A DNA stretch of 32,000 bases from Sinorhizobium meliloti (GTDB lineage: Bacteria; Pseudomonadota; Alphaproteobacteria; Rhizobiales; Rhizobiaceae), in contig NZ_JAGIOS010000002.1 of assembly GCF_017876815.1 (NCBI RefSeq), positions 270,001 through 302,000 of the forward strand. The letters run 5' to 3'. Below the pieces are notes generated by a model. It searched no databases and was not told where the DNA came from. It worked only from the letters and a program-made list of their open reading frames with translations. Positions within the stretch are counted from its first letter, which is position 1. Every line of letters starts with the position of its first letter. The position numbers and the translations under genes are program-made. This document shows positions 18,575 to 27,398 of the stretch, in pieces.

Positions 18575-19840
18575 TCACCGCATCGCCAGTGCAGTATTCA
18601 CCTTGATGACATCGCCGGGCAGCACGGGTGTGTTCTCGTCGGCGGCGATCTCGGTCGGCTTGCCGTCCTTGTCGCGAATGATCGAATAGGTAATCTCGGC
18701 GGCCTGTTCTTCGAGCTGGGCCGCATCCGCCGACTGCAGCAGCGCCTCGGTCATGAGATCCCGACTGGTGCCGAGCTTCAACGTCAGCGTATCCAGCTCG
18801 GCTTCGGTGTTCTGCAGTTCCTGAGCAAGCTGAGCATCCCAGTCGTTGCGGAGGTTCGTTTCGTCCTGCGCCGCCTTGCTTGCATCCTGCTTTGCCTTGA
18901 GGGATGCGGTGTCGATGTCCAGCAGCGACGCCTGAACGTCCGCGACCCGCTGCTCGAGGGACAGTTTGCGCTGGCTCAGCGCCAGCCCTTTTTCGGCAAG
19001 GCTGTCGACCTTGTCGCGATCCTCCGTGGCAAGCTCGAGCTGGCGGGCCTGCGTTTCGGCTTTCTTTGCGAGTGCTTCAATCTCGCTCTGGAGAAGAGAT
19101 CTCAGATCGGCGAGCGCATCGAGCTGACGCTTCTGGCGCTTGTCACGCGATTCCATAAGCGCAGTCTCGCTGTCGAGCAGCTTTTCGGCGTCCGGGACGT
19201 TCTTGAGCTCCTCGGGCATGGGGATTGTGTCGCGCTTGCCGATTTCGGCAAGCAGTCGCGCGCGGCGAATGAGCAGACGGCTGCGTTCCGCAACCTGCAC
19301 CGCGGATTCCCCGCTGGCATTGATGTAGTCGCGCGCGAATCGCTGGCCGTTATCCGCCCGCCGAAGCCCTCCCCCGAGACTGACGGCCTTCAATACCGTC
19401 AAATTGGGAGCATAGGGGTATTCTCCGGGCGTCTGCACCTCGCCGGAGAGATAGACCGGACGATATTGCGCCATCTCCACCGACGCGGAGGGGCGATCCC
19501 TGAGACCGAAAAGCTTCTGCATCTTGACGCCGATCTCTTCGGCGACCTCCGACGTCGTCTTGCCGGAGGCAGGCAAATCGCCGACGAAGGGCAGGGAAAG
19601 ACTGCCGGATGGACCCACCGTATAGTCGCCGCTGACGGCCGACCAGTCGCGGACCGCCCCTTCGGCGGTTTGCCACTCGGCCACGCGAACCCGGAGCTTG
19701 TCCATGACGCCGAGCCGGTACTCATCGGCCCGCGCCAGCGACGCCCCTGAGGCTGCGAGTGCAGCAAGGAGCGCCAGGCGGGTAAAACAGGAAACCGTAC
19801 GGGAACCAGCGGATTTCCCTGATCGTCTATTCGATTGCAT
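18575..19840 (-). CDS. exoF: Periplasmic/outer-membrane polysaccharide export protein (Wza/OMA-like)
   Basis: 421-aa ORF with an N-terminal signal-like segment (LALLAALAASGASLARA). A polysaccharide-export domain (YRLGVMDKLRVRV...YLSGEVQTPGEYPY) is followed by a long coiled-coil region. Confidence 0.9.
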   Translation of the reverse strand: MQSNRRSGKSAGSRTVSCFTRLALLAALAASGASLARADEYRLGVMDKLRVRVAEWQTAEGAVRDWSAVSGDYTVGPSGSLSLPFVGDLPASGKTTSEVAEEIGVKMQKLFGLRDRPSASVEMAQYRPVYLSGEVQTPGEYPYAPNLTVLKAVSLGGGLRRADNGQRFARDYINASGESAVQVAERSRLLIRRARLLAEIGKRDTIPMPEELKNVPDAEKLLDSETALMESRDKRQKRQLDALADLRSLLQSEIEALAKKAETQARQLELATEDRDKVDSLAEKGLALSQRKLSLEQRVADVQASLLDIDTASLKAKQDASKAAQDETNLRNDWDAQLAQELQNTEAELDTLTLKLGTSRDLMTEALLQSADAAQLEEQAAEITYSIIRDKDGKPTEIAADENTPVLPGDVIKVNTALAMR

Positions 19841-19893
19841 TTTTGGATATTTCCGTTGCTCGACGTTGCCCGTTCCGGGCCGGCGCCAAGATT

Positions 19894-20574
19894 TCAGTAG
19901 CTGCCGCGGGAGAGGCAGACGGCAGGGATCGTCTTGAAAACAATGACAAGGTCGGCGAAAAGCGACCAGTTCTGGACATATTGCGTGTCGAAAGCGACGC
20001 GCGTGGCGTAGGAGACGTCGTTGCGGCCGCTGATCTGCCAGAGCCCCGTCAGGCCGGGACGCGATTGCAGATAAAAGACGGCTGCCGAATCATAGAGTTC
20101 GAGTTCGTCTTCGACCACCGGACGGGGGCCGACGACGCTCATTTCACCGCGAATGATGTTGAGGAGCTGCGGCAACTCGTCGAGGCTGAGCTTACGCAGG
20201 ACTGCCCCGACAACGGTCACGCGCGGATCGTTCTGAAGCTTGCGGGTCGCACGCCATTCTTCATAGGCGTCGGGGTTGATCCTGAAAAACTCTTCGAGGA
20301 CCTCGTCGCCCTTTTCCATCATCGTACGGAATTTCAGGCACTTGAAGGATTGGCCATTGTGACCGATTCGGCGATGCCCATAAAACACACTGCCGCCGTC
20401 CGAGAACTTGACGAGGGCCATGATGAGCAAAAAGAGCGGGCTGAAGAGAAGGAGGGCCACGGAGGCGGCAAGAATGTCGAAACTGCGTTTTGCCATACCT
20501 CCGATCGGTCGGACTGCCCCGGTTTCTTCGGGGATAAAAAACGGCGAACTGGCCGAGCGAGTCGCGGACTTCAT
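19894..20574 (-). CDS. exoY: Undecaprenyl-phosphate galactose phosphotransferase (initiating sugar transferase, bacterial sugar transferase family)
   Basis: The ATG at 20574 (MKSATRS...) gives 226 aa. There is one TM segment ([22 protein letters not shown]) and conserved motifs KFRTM, LDELPQL and GPRP. The track's upstream start (20628) adds 18 poorly supported codons. Confidence 0.9.
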   Translation of the reverse strand: MKSATRSASSPFFIPEETGAVRPIGGMAKRSFDILAASVALLLFSPLFLLIMALVKFSDGGSVFYGHRRIGHNGQSFKCLKFRTMMEKGDEVLEEFFRINPDAYEEWRATRKLQNDPRVTVVGAVLRKLSLDELPQLLNIIRGEMSVVGPRPVVEDELELYDSAAVFYLQSRPGLTGLWQISGRNDVSYATRVAFDTQYVQNWSLFADLVIVFKTIPAVCLSRGSY

Positions 20575-21346
20575 AGAGGTGACTCCATTTACGTTGGCGA
20601 TTGTCGGTCCCGTGGGACGCGGGCTCATCTAACGTGAGTGTATGGTCAGAATTTGTTTTTTGAAGGCGGAATGATGGCAGCTCTGCGCCGCCCGTCCCGC
20701 AGACGGTTCAAGGTGGCGAAAGTCGCGAAATATTACGAAGAGTTAATTTCGGAGAGCGCAAATCAGGGATTAGGATAGTTCTCCGCTGCATCGCAAACCG
20801 GAAACATCGTCGCGGGCTAGTTATTTCGGATTATAAAGTATTGTTAATAGACGCATCATTCTGCACTGACGGACAGCGGACCCGCTGGTGCACGAAATTG
20901 ACGCGCGGCAACTTTCCCTCACTTTTTTTGCATCGCAACATTTTATTGCGGCGCACAGTTGCTGAGGCTACCCGCTCAAACACGTGTAACAAAAGTTGAT
21001 CGGGAAAAAAGGCCGGCCACACGCCCCAAGAGGCAGCACCCAAGGCAGCTTTCCGAAAGGCCGGGCAATTTTAGGGGAACGACGGCCGCGTTCCGCGCGC
21101 ATCCATCTCACGCGGCAAACTGCCCCGGAGATGGGGAACTTATCCGCGATCACACCCGTTTGAATTGTGCGAAATGGAGCCGATGCTTAAAGGCGGCGGA
21201 AAGATTTCCGATGTATGCTCGACTGCAACAAAGTAGCGTTTCCCGGTTGAAGAGAAAAGCGGGCGCTAATATAGTGGCCAGGCAGGAGGAGAGGGCAACA
21301 ACTCTTATGAGGTTCCCAATCGCAGACCCGAGGGTAGATTAGCGCC

Positions 21347-21643
21347 ATGTTCGCACCGCGTGTTTTTCTGAGCATGATCGGCGCTTTGGCGGCTTTTGCC
21401 GTTGCAACTTATTACCTCAATGGATCGCTCGCCTCGACGGCGATCCAGACCCTGATCTGCGCGGTCCTCATTCAAGTCGGCTACTTCGTCGCCGTTCTTT
21501 TCCTCGTATGGAAAGAGGCGCGCGAGCGCCGCAGGCTTTCTTCGCAAAAGCAGTTCGTGACGGCCGAGGCCGCCAACGATGAGAAGCAACCGGCGAAGGT
21601 CTCGCTGCGCAGACTGAACCGGCCTCATCATCTCAATTCCTGA
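21347..21643 (+). CDS. exoX: Small membrane protein, inhibitor of succinoglycan synthesis
   Basis: 98-aa ORF with two N-terminal hydrophobic segments (MFAPRVFLSMIGALAAFAVATYY...ICAVLIQVGYFVAVLFLVW) and a charged tail. It is divergent from exoY, as I recall for S. meliloti. Confidence 0.85.
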   Translation: MFAPRVFLSMIGALAAFAVATYYLNGSLASTAIQTLICAVLIQVGYFVAVLFLVWKEARERRRLSSQKQFVTAEAANDEKQPAKVSLRRLNRPHHLNS

Positions 21644-21777
21644 ACCGCTGACGCTGCTCTCCTTCGCACTTGCAAAAAATTTTTCGCCTGACGCGTTTGC
21701 GACATGATCGCACGGCATGGTTCCGGTAACTTCGCGCCCTTGAGGCGCGACAGCCGATAACTCGCTGGAGGCCTCAC

Positions 21778-22806
21778 ATGACCGCAGCCGCGCCGACGGA
21801 CGTCTGCATCATCATTGCCGCGAAGAATGCCGCCGACACCATAGCGCGCGCGGTCGCTTCGGCGCTTGCCGAACCGGAGGCGGCAGAAGTCGTCGTCATC
21901 GATGACGGCTCGACCGATGACAGCGCTTCGGTGGCACGCGCTGCGGATGACGGAACGGGGCGGCTGAATGTCGTTCGCTTCGAAGAAAACCGCGGCCCCG
22001 CGGCCGCGCGCAATCATGCGATCGCGATCTCGCATTCTCCGCTTATCGGCGTGCTCGACGCGGATGATTTCTTCTTTCCGGGACGCCTGGGCCAATTGCT
22101 TTCGCAGGACGGCTGGGACTTCATTGCGGACAACATCGCGTTCATCGATGCCGCGCAGGCGGCAACCGCGCATGGCAGGATCGACCGATTCGCCCCTACC
22201 CCCCGACTCATCGATCTCGTCGGCTTCGTCGAAGGAAACATCTCGCGACGCGGCGTGCGGCGCGGCGAAATAGGCTTTCTGAAGCCGCTGATGCGGCGCG
22301 CCTTCCTCGACCAGCATGGCCTGCGCTACAACGAGACGCTGCGCCTCGGCGAAGATTACGATCTCTACGCTCGCGCGCTCGCCAATGGCGCACGCTACAA
22401 GATCATCCACAGTTGCGGCTATGCCGCCGTCGTCCGCGGCAACTCGCTGAGCGGCAGTCACCGGACGATCGACCTCAAGCGTCTCTATGAGGCAGATCGT
22501 GCAATTCTCGCAGGGAGCCGACTGAGCAGCGACGCTGAAGCGGCGGTCCGCCGGCACGAGCGCCACATTCGCGACCGCTACGAACTACGGCATTTTCTCG
22601 ATCTCAAGAACCAGCAGGGCTTTGGTCGTGCATTCGGCTACGCCCTGACCCACCCGGCGGCACTGCCGGCGATCATCGGCGGAATCCTTGCGGACAAGAC
22701 CCAACGTTTTCGTCCGTCCGGTTCGCCGGCGCCCGTCGCTCTCGGTGGCAAGGGCGACGTGCGCTATCTGCTCGAGACTCTTGCCGTGGATCAGCCTCAA
22801 AAATAG
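21778..22806 (+). CDS. exoU: GT2-family glycosyltransferase (glucosyltransferase)
   Basis: 342-aa ORF with a GGAGG RBS. GT-A signatures are present: CIIIAAKNAADTI...VVVIDDGSTDDS...ARNHAI...LDADDFF. Confidence 0.9.
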   Translation: MTAAAPTDVCIIIAAKNAADTIARAVASALAEPEAAEVVVIDDGSTDDSASVARAADDGTGRLNVVRFEENRGPAAARNHAIAISHSPLIGVLDADDFFFPGRLGQLLSQDGWDFIADNIAFIDAAQAATAHGRIDRFAPTPRLIDLVGFVEGNISRRGVRRGEIGFLKPLMRRAFLDQHGLRYNETLRLGEDYDLYARALANGARYKIIHSCGYAAVVRGNSLSGSHRTIDLKRLYEADRAILAGSRLSSDAEAAVRRHERHIRDRYELRHFLDLKNQQGFGRAFGYALTHPAALPAIIGGILADKTQRFRPSGSPAPVALGGKGDVRYLLETLAVDQPQK

Positions 22807-23747
22807 TCCCGGCGTATGCCGTCGAGCACCGCGCGGAAACGCTCCTTGCGCTCTGCCAGCGCACTGTCCTTGCTCAATTGCGGCGCCGCCCGGCTTGCCT
22901 GCCACAGCGCCAGCGTCGCGGGCGCGGCGAGCGCTCGCTTGGCGGCAGCGCGCAATGAAGTCTGGCGTGGTTCACGCTCGGCGACCGCCAGGTCTCCGTC
23001 GATCTGTCGGCGGTTCGGGTCCTCCGGCTGCGGTTCCTTCGCCTGGAAATCCATGCCCCAGAAACGGGCACCCTTGATCATGGCCTCCGCCCGCGTCGAC
23101 ACCGGCACCCGCCGGGGGCGGTAGGTGACGCCGAGGGTCTGGGCCCAGTCGTTCCACTTGAAGCTGTTGATGCTGTGCGACGTGCTGACCGCGGTCCAGG
23201 GAACGCGGAACGCGTCGGCCAGGATGGCGCCGTGCATGGATTCGGCGACGATAAGCTCCGACTGGCCGATCTTTCGGATGACGTCCTTGGCCTCGCCACG
23301 CGGGTCGATATAGTTGAGCCCGACCGCGTCGCAGATCGTGGGCCACAATCCGGCGATCGCCGATTCCCAGTGGGGTACGAAGCTCCGCTTATATATCTTT
23401 CGAAGGTCCTGAAACTCCGGAAGGTCGGCGACCATCACCGCAGGATCGATGATACCGAGCTCGGGAGCCACGCCGACCTTCGCAGCCGTCAGCGGGCCGC
23501 GGACCGAGCGGATATCCCACTCCTTAGGGTCGCTCATGTCGGGAAGCGTGCCGTAGCCGAAACCGCTGCCGATGACGAGCTTATGCGTAGCCTCGGGCAG
23601 CAGAGCGCGGTTCAAGACCGTTCCGACCCCCACGAGCAGCGTCTCGGGGTGGACCTCGCGAAAACCGGGCAGCAGGAAATCCCAAAGCCACAGGTTGAGG
23701 TCGTCACCGAAATTTCCGTGCTGGGATTCCCAATAATACGGCTTCAT
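22797..23747 (-). CDS. exoV: Polysaccharide pyruvyl transferase
   Basis: The ATG at 23747 (MKPYYWESQHGNFGDDLNLWLW...) with a GGAGA RBS gives 316 aa. The N-terminal NFGDxL motif and overall layout are typical of the PS_pyruv_trans family. Its 3' end overlaps the exoU 3' end by 10 bp. Confidence 0.87.
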   Translation of the reverse strand: MKPYYWESQHGNFGDDLNLWLWDFLLPGFREVHPETLLVGVGTVLNRALLPEATHKLVIGSGFGYGTLPDMSDPKEWDIRSVRGPLTAAKVGVAPELGIIDPAVMVADLPEFQDLRKIYKRSFVPHWESAIAGLWPTICDAVGLNYIDPRGEAKDVIRKIGQSELIVAESMHGAILADAFRVPWTAVSTSHSINSFKWNDWAQTLGVTYRPRRVPVSTRAEAMIKGARFWGMDFQAKEPQPEDPNRRQIDGDLAVAEREPRQTSLRAAAKRALAAPATLALWQASRAAPQLSKDSALAERKERFRAVLDGIRRDYF

Positions 23748-23860
23748 GACCGTCTCCGTTTGCATTGTGAGGCGACCTGACATGCGCCGCGGCGATTGTC
23801 GTCGCTTGATTTCGGGTGTTGTCAGCGCAAGCAGCGCGTGCCCGATCGGGCCGAGGGAGG

Positions 23861-24820
23861 TTAGCGGGATAGCTTTCCAACCGCCAACTCGGCGGCGCTG
23901 CCGATCAATCGCGGGTCTCGCCAGAGCCAGCGGGCAAGAAGATCGAACTGCGGCAGTTTCCTACGCTTTATCCGGCGTGCCTGGCTCCATAGCGCCTGCC
24001 GCCGCGCGGTATGCTTGTAGGATCGGATCGCCTCCATCGCCTTCGGCCGGTTACGATATCGGCCTTCGAGCGTGTCGAGTGCAACCCAGGTATTGAACTG
24101 CTGCTTCAGGAACTGAGGCGAGTCGTTATCGATCGAATGAAAGATGTTGAGCCCTTCGCCACGCACCGCGCCCGCTGCATCGCAAAGCACCACGCGCTTG
24201 GATGCGAGCACGCAGTCGCAGAAGAAGAGCACATCCTCGGCCGCAAGCTTGAGCGTGGCCTCGAAACGCACCTTTTCGAAGAGCTTGCGCCCGATCACCA
24301 TGCAGGACATGTGGAGAAAGCTCCAGTTCTTCAGCATGACGTCCTGAAGTTCGGGGAGCTCGACGACGAGCGGGTTTTCCGAGAGGCGCGTGACCGTCTC
24401 GCTCTTTTCGAGATCCGCGACCCCGAAATGATAGTAGAAGGCGTCGCCGCCCGTGATTGAGGCCCAATAGCAATCGGCGTCGAAACGCGTCATGCTTTGA
24501 TAGGCGTTCAGGAGATGATCCGGAGTCCAGACGTCGTCGGAATCGAGGAAAGCGACGAAGTCGCTGTCGGCGGGAACATTATCGAGACCGGTATTGCGCG
24601 CGCCACCCGGCCCGCCGTTAGGCTGGCGGATGACGGTGATGCGCTCCCTTTCTTCCTGGGCGAGCCCGGCAAGCTCGTCCGCTATCGGATAGGGGGATTC
24701 GTCGTCGATCACGAGAACGTGGAAATCCTCGAGCGTCTGAGCAAAAACGGATGCCAGCGCGCGCCGGAGAATTCCGGGTTCCTTCTGGTAGTACGGAATG
24801 ACAACTGTGAGCTTCGCCAT
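23861..24820 (-). CDS. exoW: GT2-family glycosyltransferase (glucosyltransferase)
   Basis: 319-aa ORF, MAKLTVVIPYYQKEPGILRRALASVFAQT...VLVIDDESP...LDSDDVW, with the GT-A fold DxD. Confidence 0.9.
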   Translation of the reverse strand: MAKLTVVIPYYQKEPGILRRALASVFAQTLEDFHVLVIDDESPYPIADELAGLAQEERERITVIRQPNGGPGGARNTGLDNVPADSDFVAFLDSDDVWTPDHLLNAYQSMTRFDADCYWASITGGDAFYYHFGVADLEKSETVTRLSENPLVVELPELQDVMLKNWSFLHMSCMVIGRKLFEKVRFEATLKLAAEDVLFFCDCVLASKRVVLCDAAGAVRGEGLNIFHSIDNDSPQFLKQQFNTWVALDTLEGRYRNRPKAMEAIRSYKHTARRQALWSQARRIKRRKLPQFDLLARWLWRDPRLIGSAAELAVGKLSR

Positions 24821-24943
24821 CTTTTCGCCCCTGCGGTTTCTCTAAAAGAGTCTGCGTGGTCTCCTCCCACCGGGTCGCGGCCGTATATCTAGAGTTTGTC
24901 CTTTGCATTCCTCCTTCAAAGGACTTTCACGGAATCCTCGCCA

Positions 24944-26428
24944 ATGACCCCAACCGTTAACGCAAAAACCGTAACGCGCAACGTCGGCTGGAGCGTTCTT
25001 TCCAAGACAGGGACATTCGGGCTTAAATTTGTCACGGTGCCGATTCTGGCCCGCATTCTGTCTCCCGAGGAATTCGGCGCCGTCGCGGTTGCGCTCACCG
25101 TGGTGCAGTTCCTCGCCATGATCGGCGGCGCCGGCCTCACCTCCGCACTCGTCATCCAGCAGGATGAGGAGATGGAAACCGTGCACTCGGTTTTCTGGGC
25201 AAACCTCGCCATCGCGCTCGTGATGGCGCTCGGACTGTTCGTTTTAGCCGAGCCCCTGGCCACGCTGCTCGGCGCGCCGGAGGCTGCCTACCTGCTAAGG
25301 ATCATGAGTCTGCTGATCCCGCTGCAGCTCGGCGGCGACGTCGCCTATTCGCTGCTTGTCCGGAGGATGAATTTTCGCAAGGACGCCGTCTGGAGCATGA
25401 TCTCCGAATCGCTCGGTGCCGTTGTTGCCGTTCTTCTGGCGCTGCTCGGTTTCGGCATATGGTCGCTGCTCGCTCAGCTTTTCGTCTCCGCGCTGGTGCG
25501 CCTGTCCGGGCTTTATGCCGTTTCCCGTTACGCACCGCGCTTCGTATTCTCGCTGCAACGCGTTCTGGCGCTCAGCCGCTTCAGTTTCGGCATGATGGGC
25601 TCGGAGATCGCGAACTTCATCACCTTCCAATCCCCGATGGTCGTCATATCCCGCTATCTCGGGCTGTCCGACGCAGGCGCCTATTCGGCGGCGAACCGCT
25701 TCGCGAGCATCCCGAACCAGGTCGTCCTCTCTGCCGTCATGGGGGTGCTATTCCCCACCTTCGGCCAGATGATGCATGATGGTGAGCGGCGTTCACAGGC
25801 GCTGATGCTCAGCACTCAGGTGACCACCATCCTGCTGGCGCCGATGATGTTCGGCCTCTGGGCACTTGCCGAGCCGGCTATGCTCGTCCTTTTCGGGAGC
25901 CAGTGGGCCTATGCCTGGCCGGTCCTCGGACTTCTCGCACTATCGAAAGGCATTCTCACCCCCTGCAGCACATTCATCCCCTATCTGAAGGGGGTCGGCC
26001 AGGGAGCCGTCCTGTTCTGGTGGGCGCTGATTCGCGCGGTTGCGACAACAGGCGCGGTCGCCTACGGTGCCATCGACGGCTCGCTGGTCGAGGCGATGAT
26101 CTGGCTTTGCATCGTCAATGCCGTAACGCTTGTCGGATACTCCTGGGTGGTGTTCCGTGCCGACAGCACGCCCTTCCTCAAGGGTTTGTTCATATCCAGC
26201 CGGCCGATGATCGCGGCGCTGCTGATGGCGCTCGTCGTCCGTTTCCTGCTCGAGCATTTCGGCGCACATGTGCCGAACGCCGTCTTGCAATTGATCGCCG
26301 GAACGGCCATCGGCAGCGTGATCTACACGGTTCTGATCCTTCTGACGGAGCGATCGCTGTTGCGGAGGCTCCTGGACATGGCGCGGGCACGAAAGCCGAG
26401 GGCCGCTCCCGCGGGGGCCGCCGAATAG
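24944..26428 (+). CDS. exoT: Wzx-like MOP-family polysaccharide flippase/export protein
   Basis: The ATG at 24944 (MTPTVNAKTVTRNVGWSVLSK...) gives 494 aa with about 12-14 TM segments. The N-terminus is typical of the polysaccharide biosynthesis protein family. The track start at 24896 is a TTG without better support. Confidence 0.87.
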   Translation: MTPTVNAKTVTRNVGWSVLSKTGTFGLKFVTVPILARILSPEEFGAVAVALTVVQFLAMIGGAGLTSALVIQQDEEMETVHSVFWANLAIALVMALGLFVLAEPLATLLGAPEAAYLLRIMSLLIPLQLGGDVAYSLLVRRMNFRKDAVWSMISESLGAVVAVLLALLGFGIWSLLAQLFVSALVRLSGLYAVSRYAPRFVFSLQRVLALSRFSFGMMGSEIANFITFQSPMVVISRYLGLSDAGAYSAANRFASIPNQVVLSAVMGVLFPTFGQMMHDGERRSQALMLSTQVTTILLAPMMFGLWALAEPAMLVLFGSQWAYAWPVLGLLALSKGILTPCSTFIPYLKGVGQGAVLFWWALIRAVATTGAVAYGAIDGSLVEAMIWLCIVNAVTLVGYSWVVFRADSTPFLKGLFISSRPMIAALLMALVVRFLLEHFGAHVPNAVLQLIAGTAIGSVIYTVLILLTERSLLRRLLDMARARKPRAAPAGAAE

Positions 26429-26558
26429 TCAGACGCGCCCGACCGTGGAAGAAAAAGGACGCGGCAATCTGCCCTTTTGTTGCCGCCGGGGCGCGGTCGC
26501 GGGAACGGTTTGCGGCACGCCGCGTTACAGTTCGACGGCAACAACATGGATGTTCGAG

Positions 26559-26633
26559 ATGAAAGGCATTATCCTTTGGTTGATGGGCGTTCCCCTCATC
26601 GTCATTATCCTGCTCTATATGTTCGTCTTTTGA
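26559..26633 (+). CDS. Candidate 24-aa hydrophobic micro-protein (single TM)
   Basis: MKGIILWLMGVPLIVIILLYMFVF-stop, an uninterrupted TM-like peptide in the exoT-exoI gap. An alternative ATG at 26550 would add MFE. The RBS is weak, and I have no homology evidence. Confidence 0.25.
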   Translation: MKGIILWLMGVPLIVIILLYMFVF

Positions 26634-26803
26634 CCCCGCGGCATCGCGATCATTCCGTCTGACGAGCAAACCTCGCGCGACTACACGCGCTCAGTCACGC
26701 CGATATGCACGCCGCGGTGGCATTCACCCATAGTTTTGAAGGATGTGAATGGCACCCACCTGGGTTAGCCTGTTCGGGTGTTTGGGCTGAACGGGGATGG
26801 GGT

Positions 26804-27379
26804 ATGACCCGCATCAAAAGCGCTGTAGCTGCCGGCGGCAGGCGAGCGCCGCACTCGGCACGACTGGGCTCTGCCAGCACGCGGACGATCGGCGCCGTTC
26901 TGGCGACGCTTCTCATGACCCATGACGCCGGGGCCGCAGAGCCGATCATCGGTCAAGCCTCGGTGATCGACGGCGATACTATTGAAATCGCGGGCGAACG
27001 CATCCAACTTAACAGTGTGGACGCGCCGGAAGAGTGGCAGGTCTGCCTCGATGAAAGAGGAGCAGATTATCGGTGCGGCAAGGAATCGGCCTCGGCCCTG
27101 GATGCATTCTTGTCGGCATCCCGTCCGACTCGCTGCGAATTTGCCGGCCGCGATCGTTATGGCCGCTTCGTCGGAACGTGTTTCCGGGCCGATGGCAAGG
27201 ACGTGAACCGCTGGCTGATCGAGTCCGGCAATGCAGTCGATCGCGACACGGACAACAAAGGCCTCTATGCATCGGCGCAGCAAACTGCCAAATCGAACGG
27301 TGCTGGAATCTGGCGCGCGCAGCCCGAGCATGCCTGCGCGGCGCGCGTCGGCCGGGTGAACCGAAAGCCGAGTTGTTGA
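26804..27379 (+). CDS. exoI: Secreted/periplasmic Staphylococcal-nuclease (SNase/thermonuclease)-like protein
   Basis: The ATG at 26804 follows GGGGATGGGG. A signal-like N-terminus (TIGAVLATLLMTHDAGAAEP) precedes the SNase core VIDGDTIEIAGERIQLNSVDAPE...DRYGRFVGTCF...NRWLIESGNA. Confidence 0.8.
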   Translation: MTRIKSAVAAGGRRAPHSARLGSASTRTIGAVLATLLMTHDAGAAEPIIGQASVIDGDTIEIAGERIQLNSVDAPEEWQVCLDERGADYRCGKESASALDAFLSASRPTRCEFAGRDRYGRFVGTCFRADGKDVNRWLIESGNAVDRDTDNKGLYASAQQTAKSNGAGIWRAQPEHACAARVGRVNRKPSC

Positions 27380-27398
27380 AGGCTGCAAACGAGAGCCA

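Noticed and set aside
18554-19750. 398-aa plus-strand ORF (and similarly 19843..20637, 21628..22566, 23175..23780, 24011..24460, 2108..3361, 715..1773, 3046..3918, 16158..17117)
   Set aside because: Each is antisense or out of frame relative to a gene with strong family signatures (exoF, exoY, exoU, exoV, exoW, the binding protein/exsH, the ABC ATPase, exoZ). Their translations are Arg/Gly/Pro-rich with no domains.
20787-20938. 10-bp direct repeat TGCATCGCAA at 20787-20796 and 20929-20938 in the exoY upstream region
   Set aside because: A single 10-mer repeated once within about 770 bp is close to chance expectation, so it is not strong enough to call a binding-site pair.
20831-21375. Short ORFs (70, 127, 61 and 62 aa) in the exoY-exoX spacer
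   Set aside because: They overlap on both strands, lack RBSs and have atypical composition. The region is better explained as a regulatory or leader sequence.
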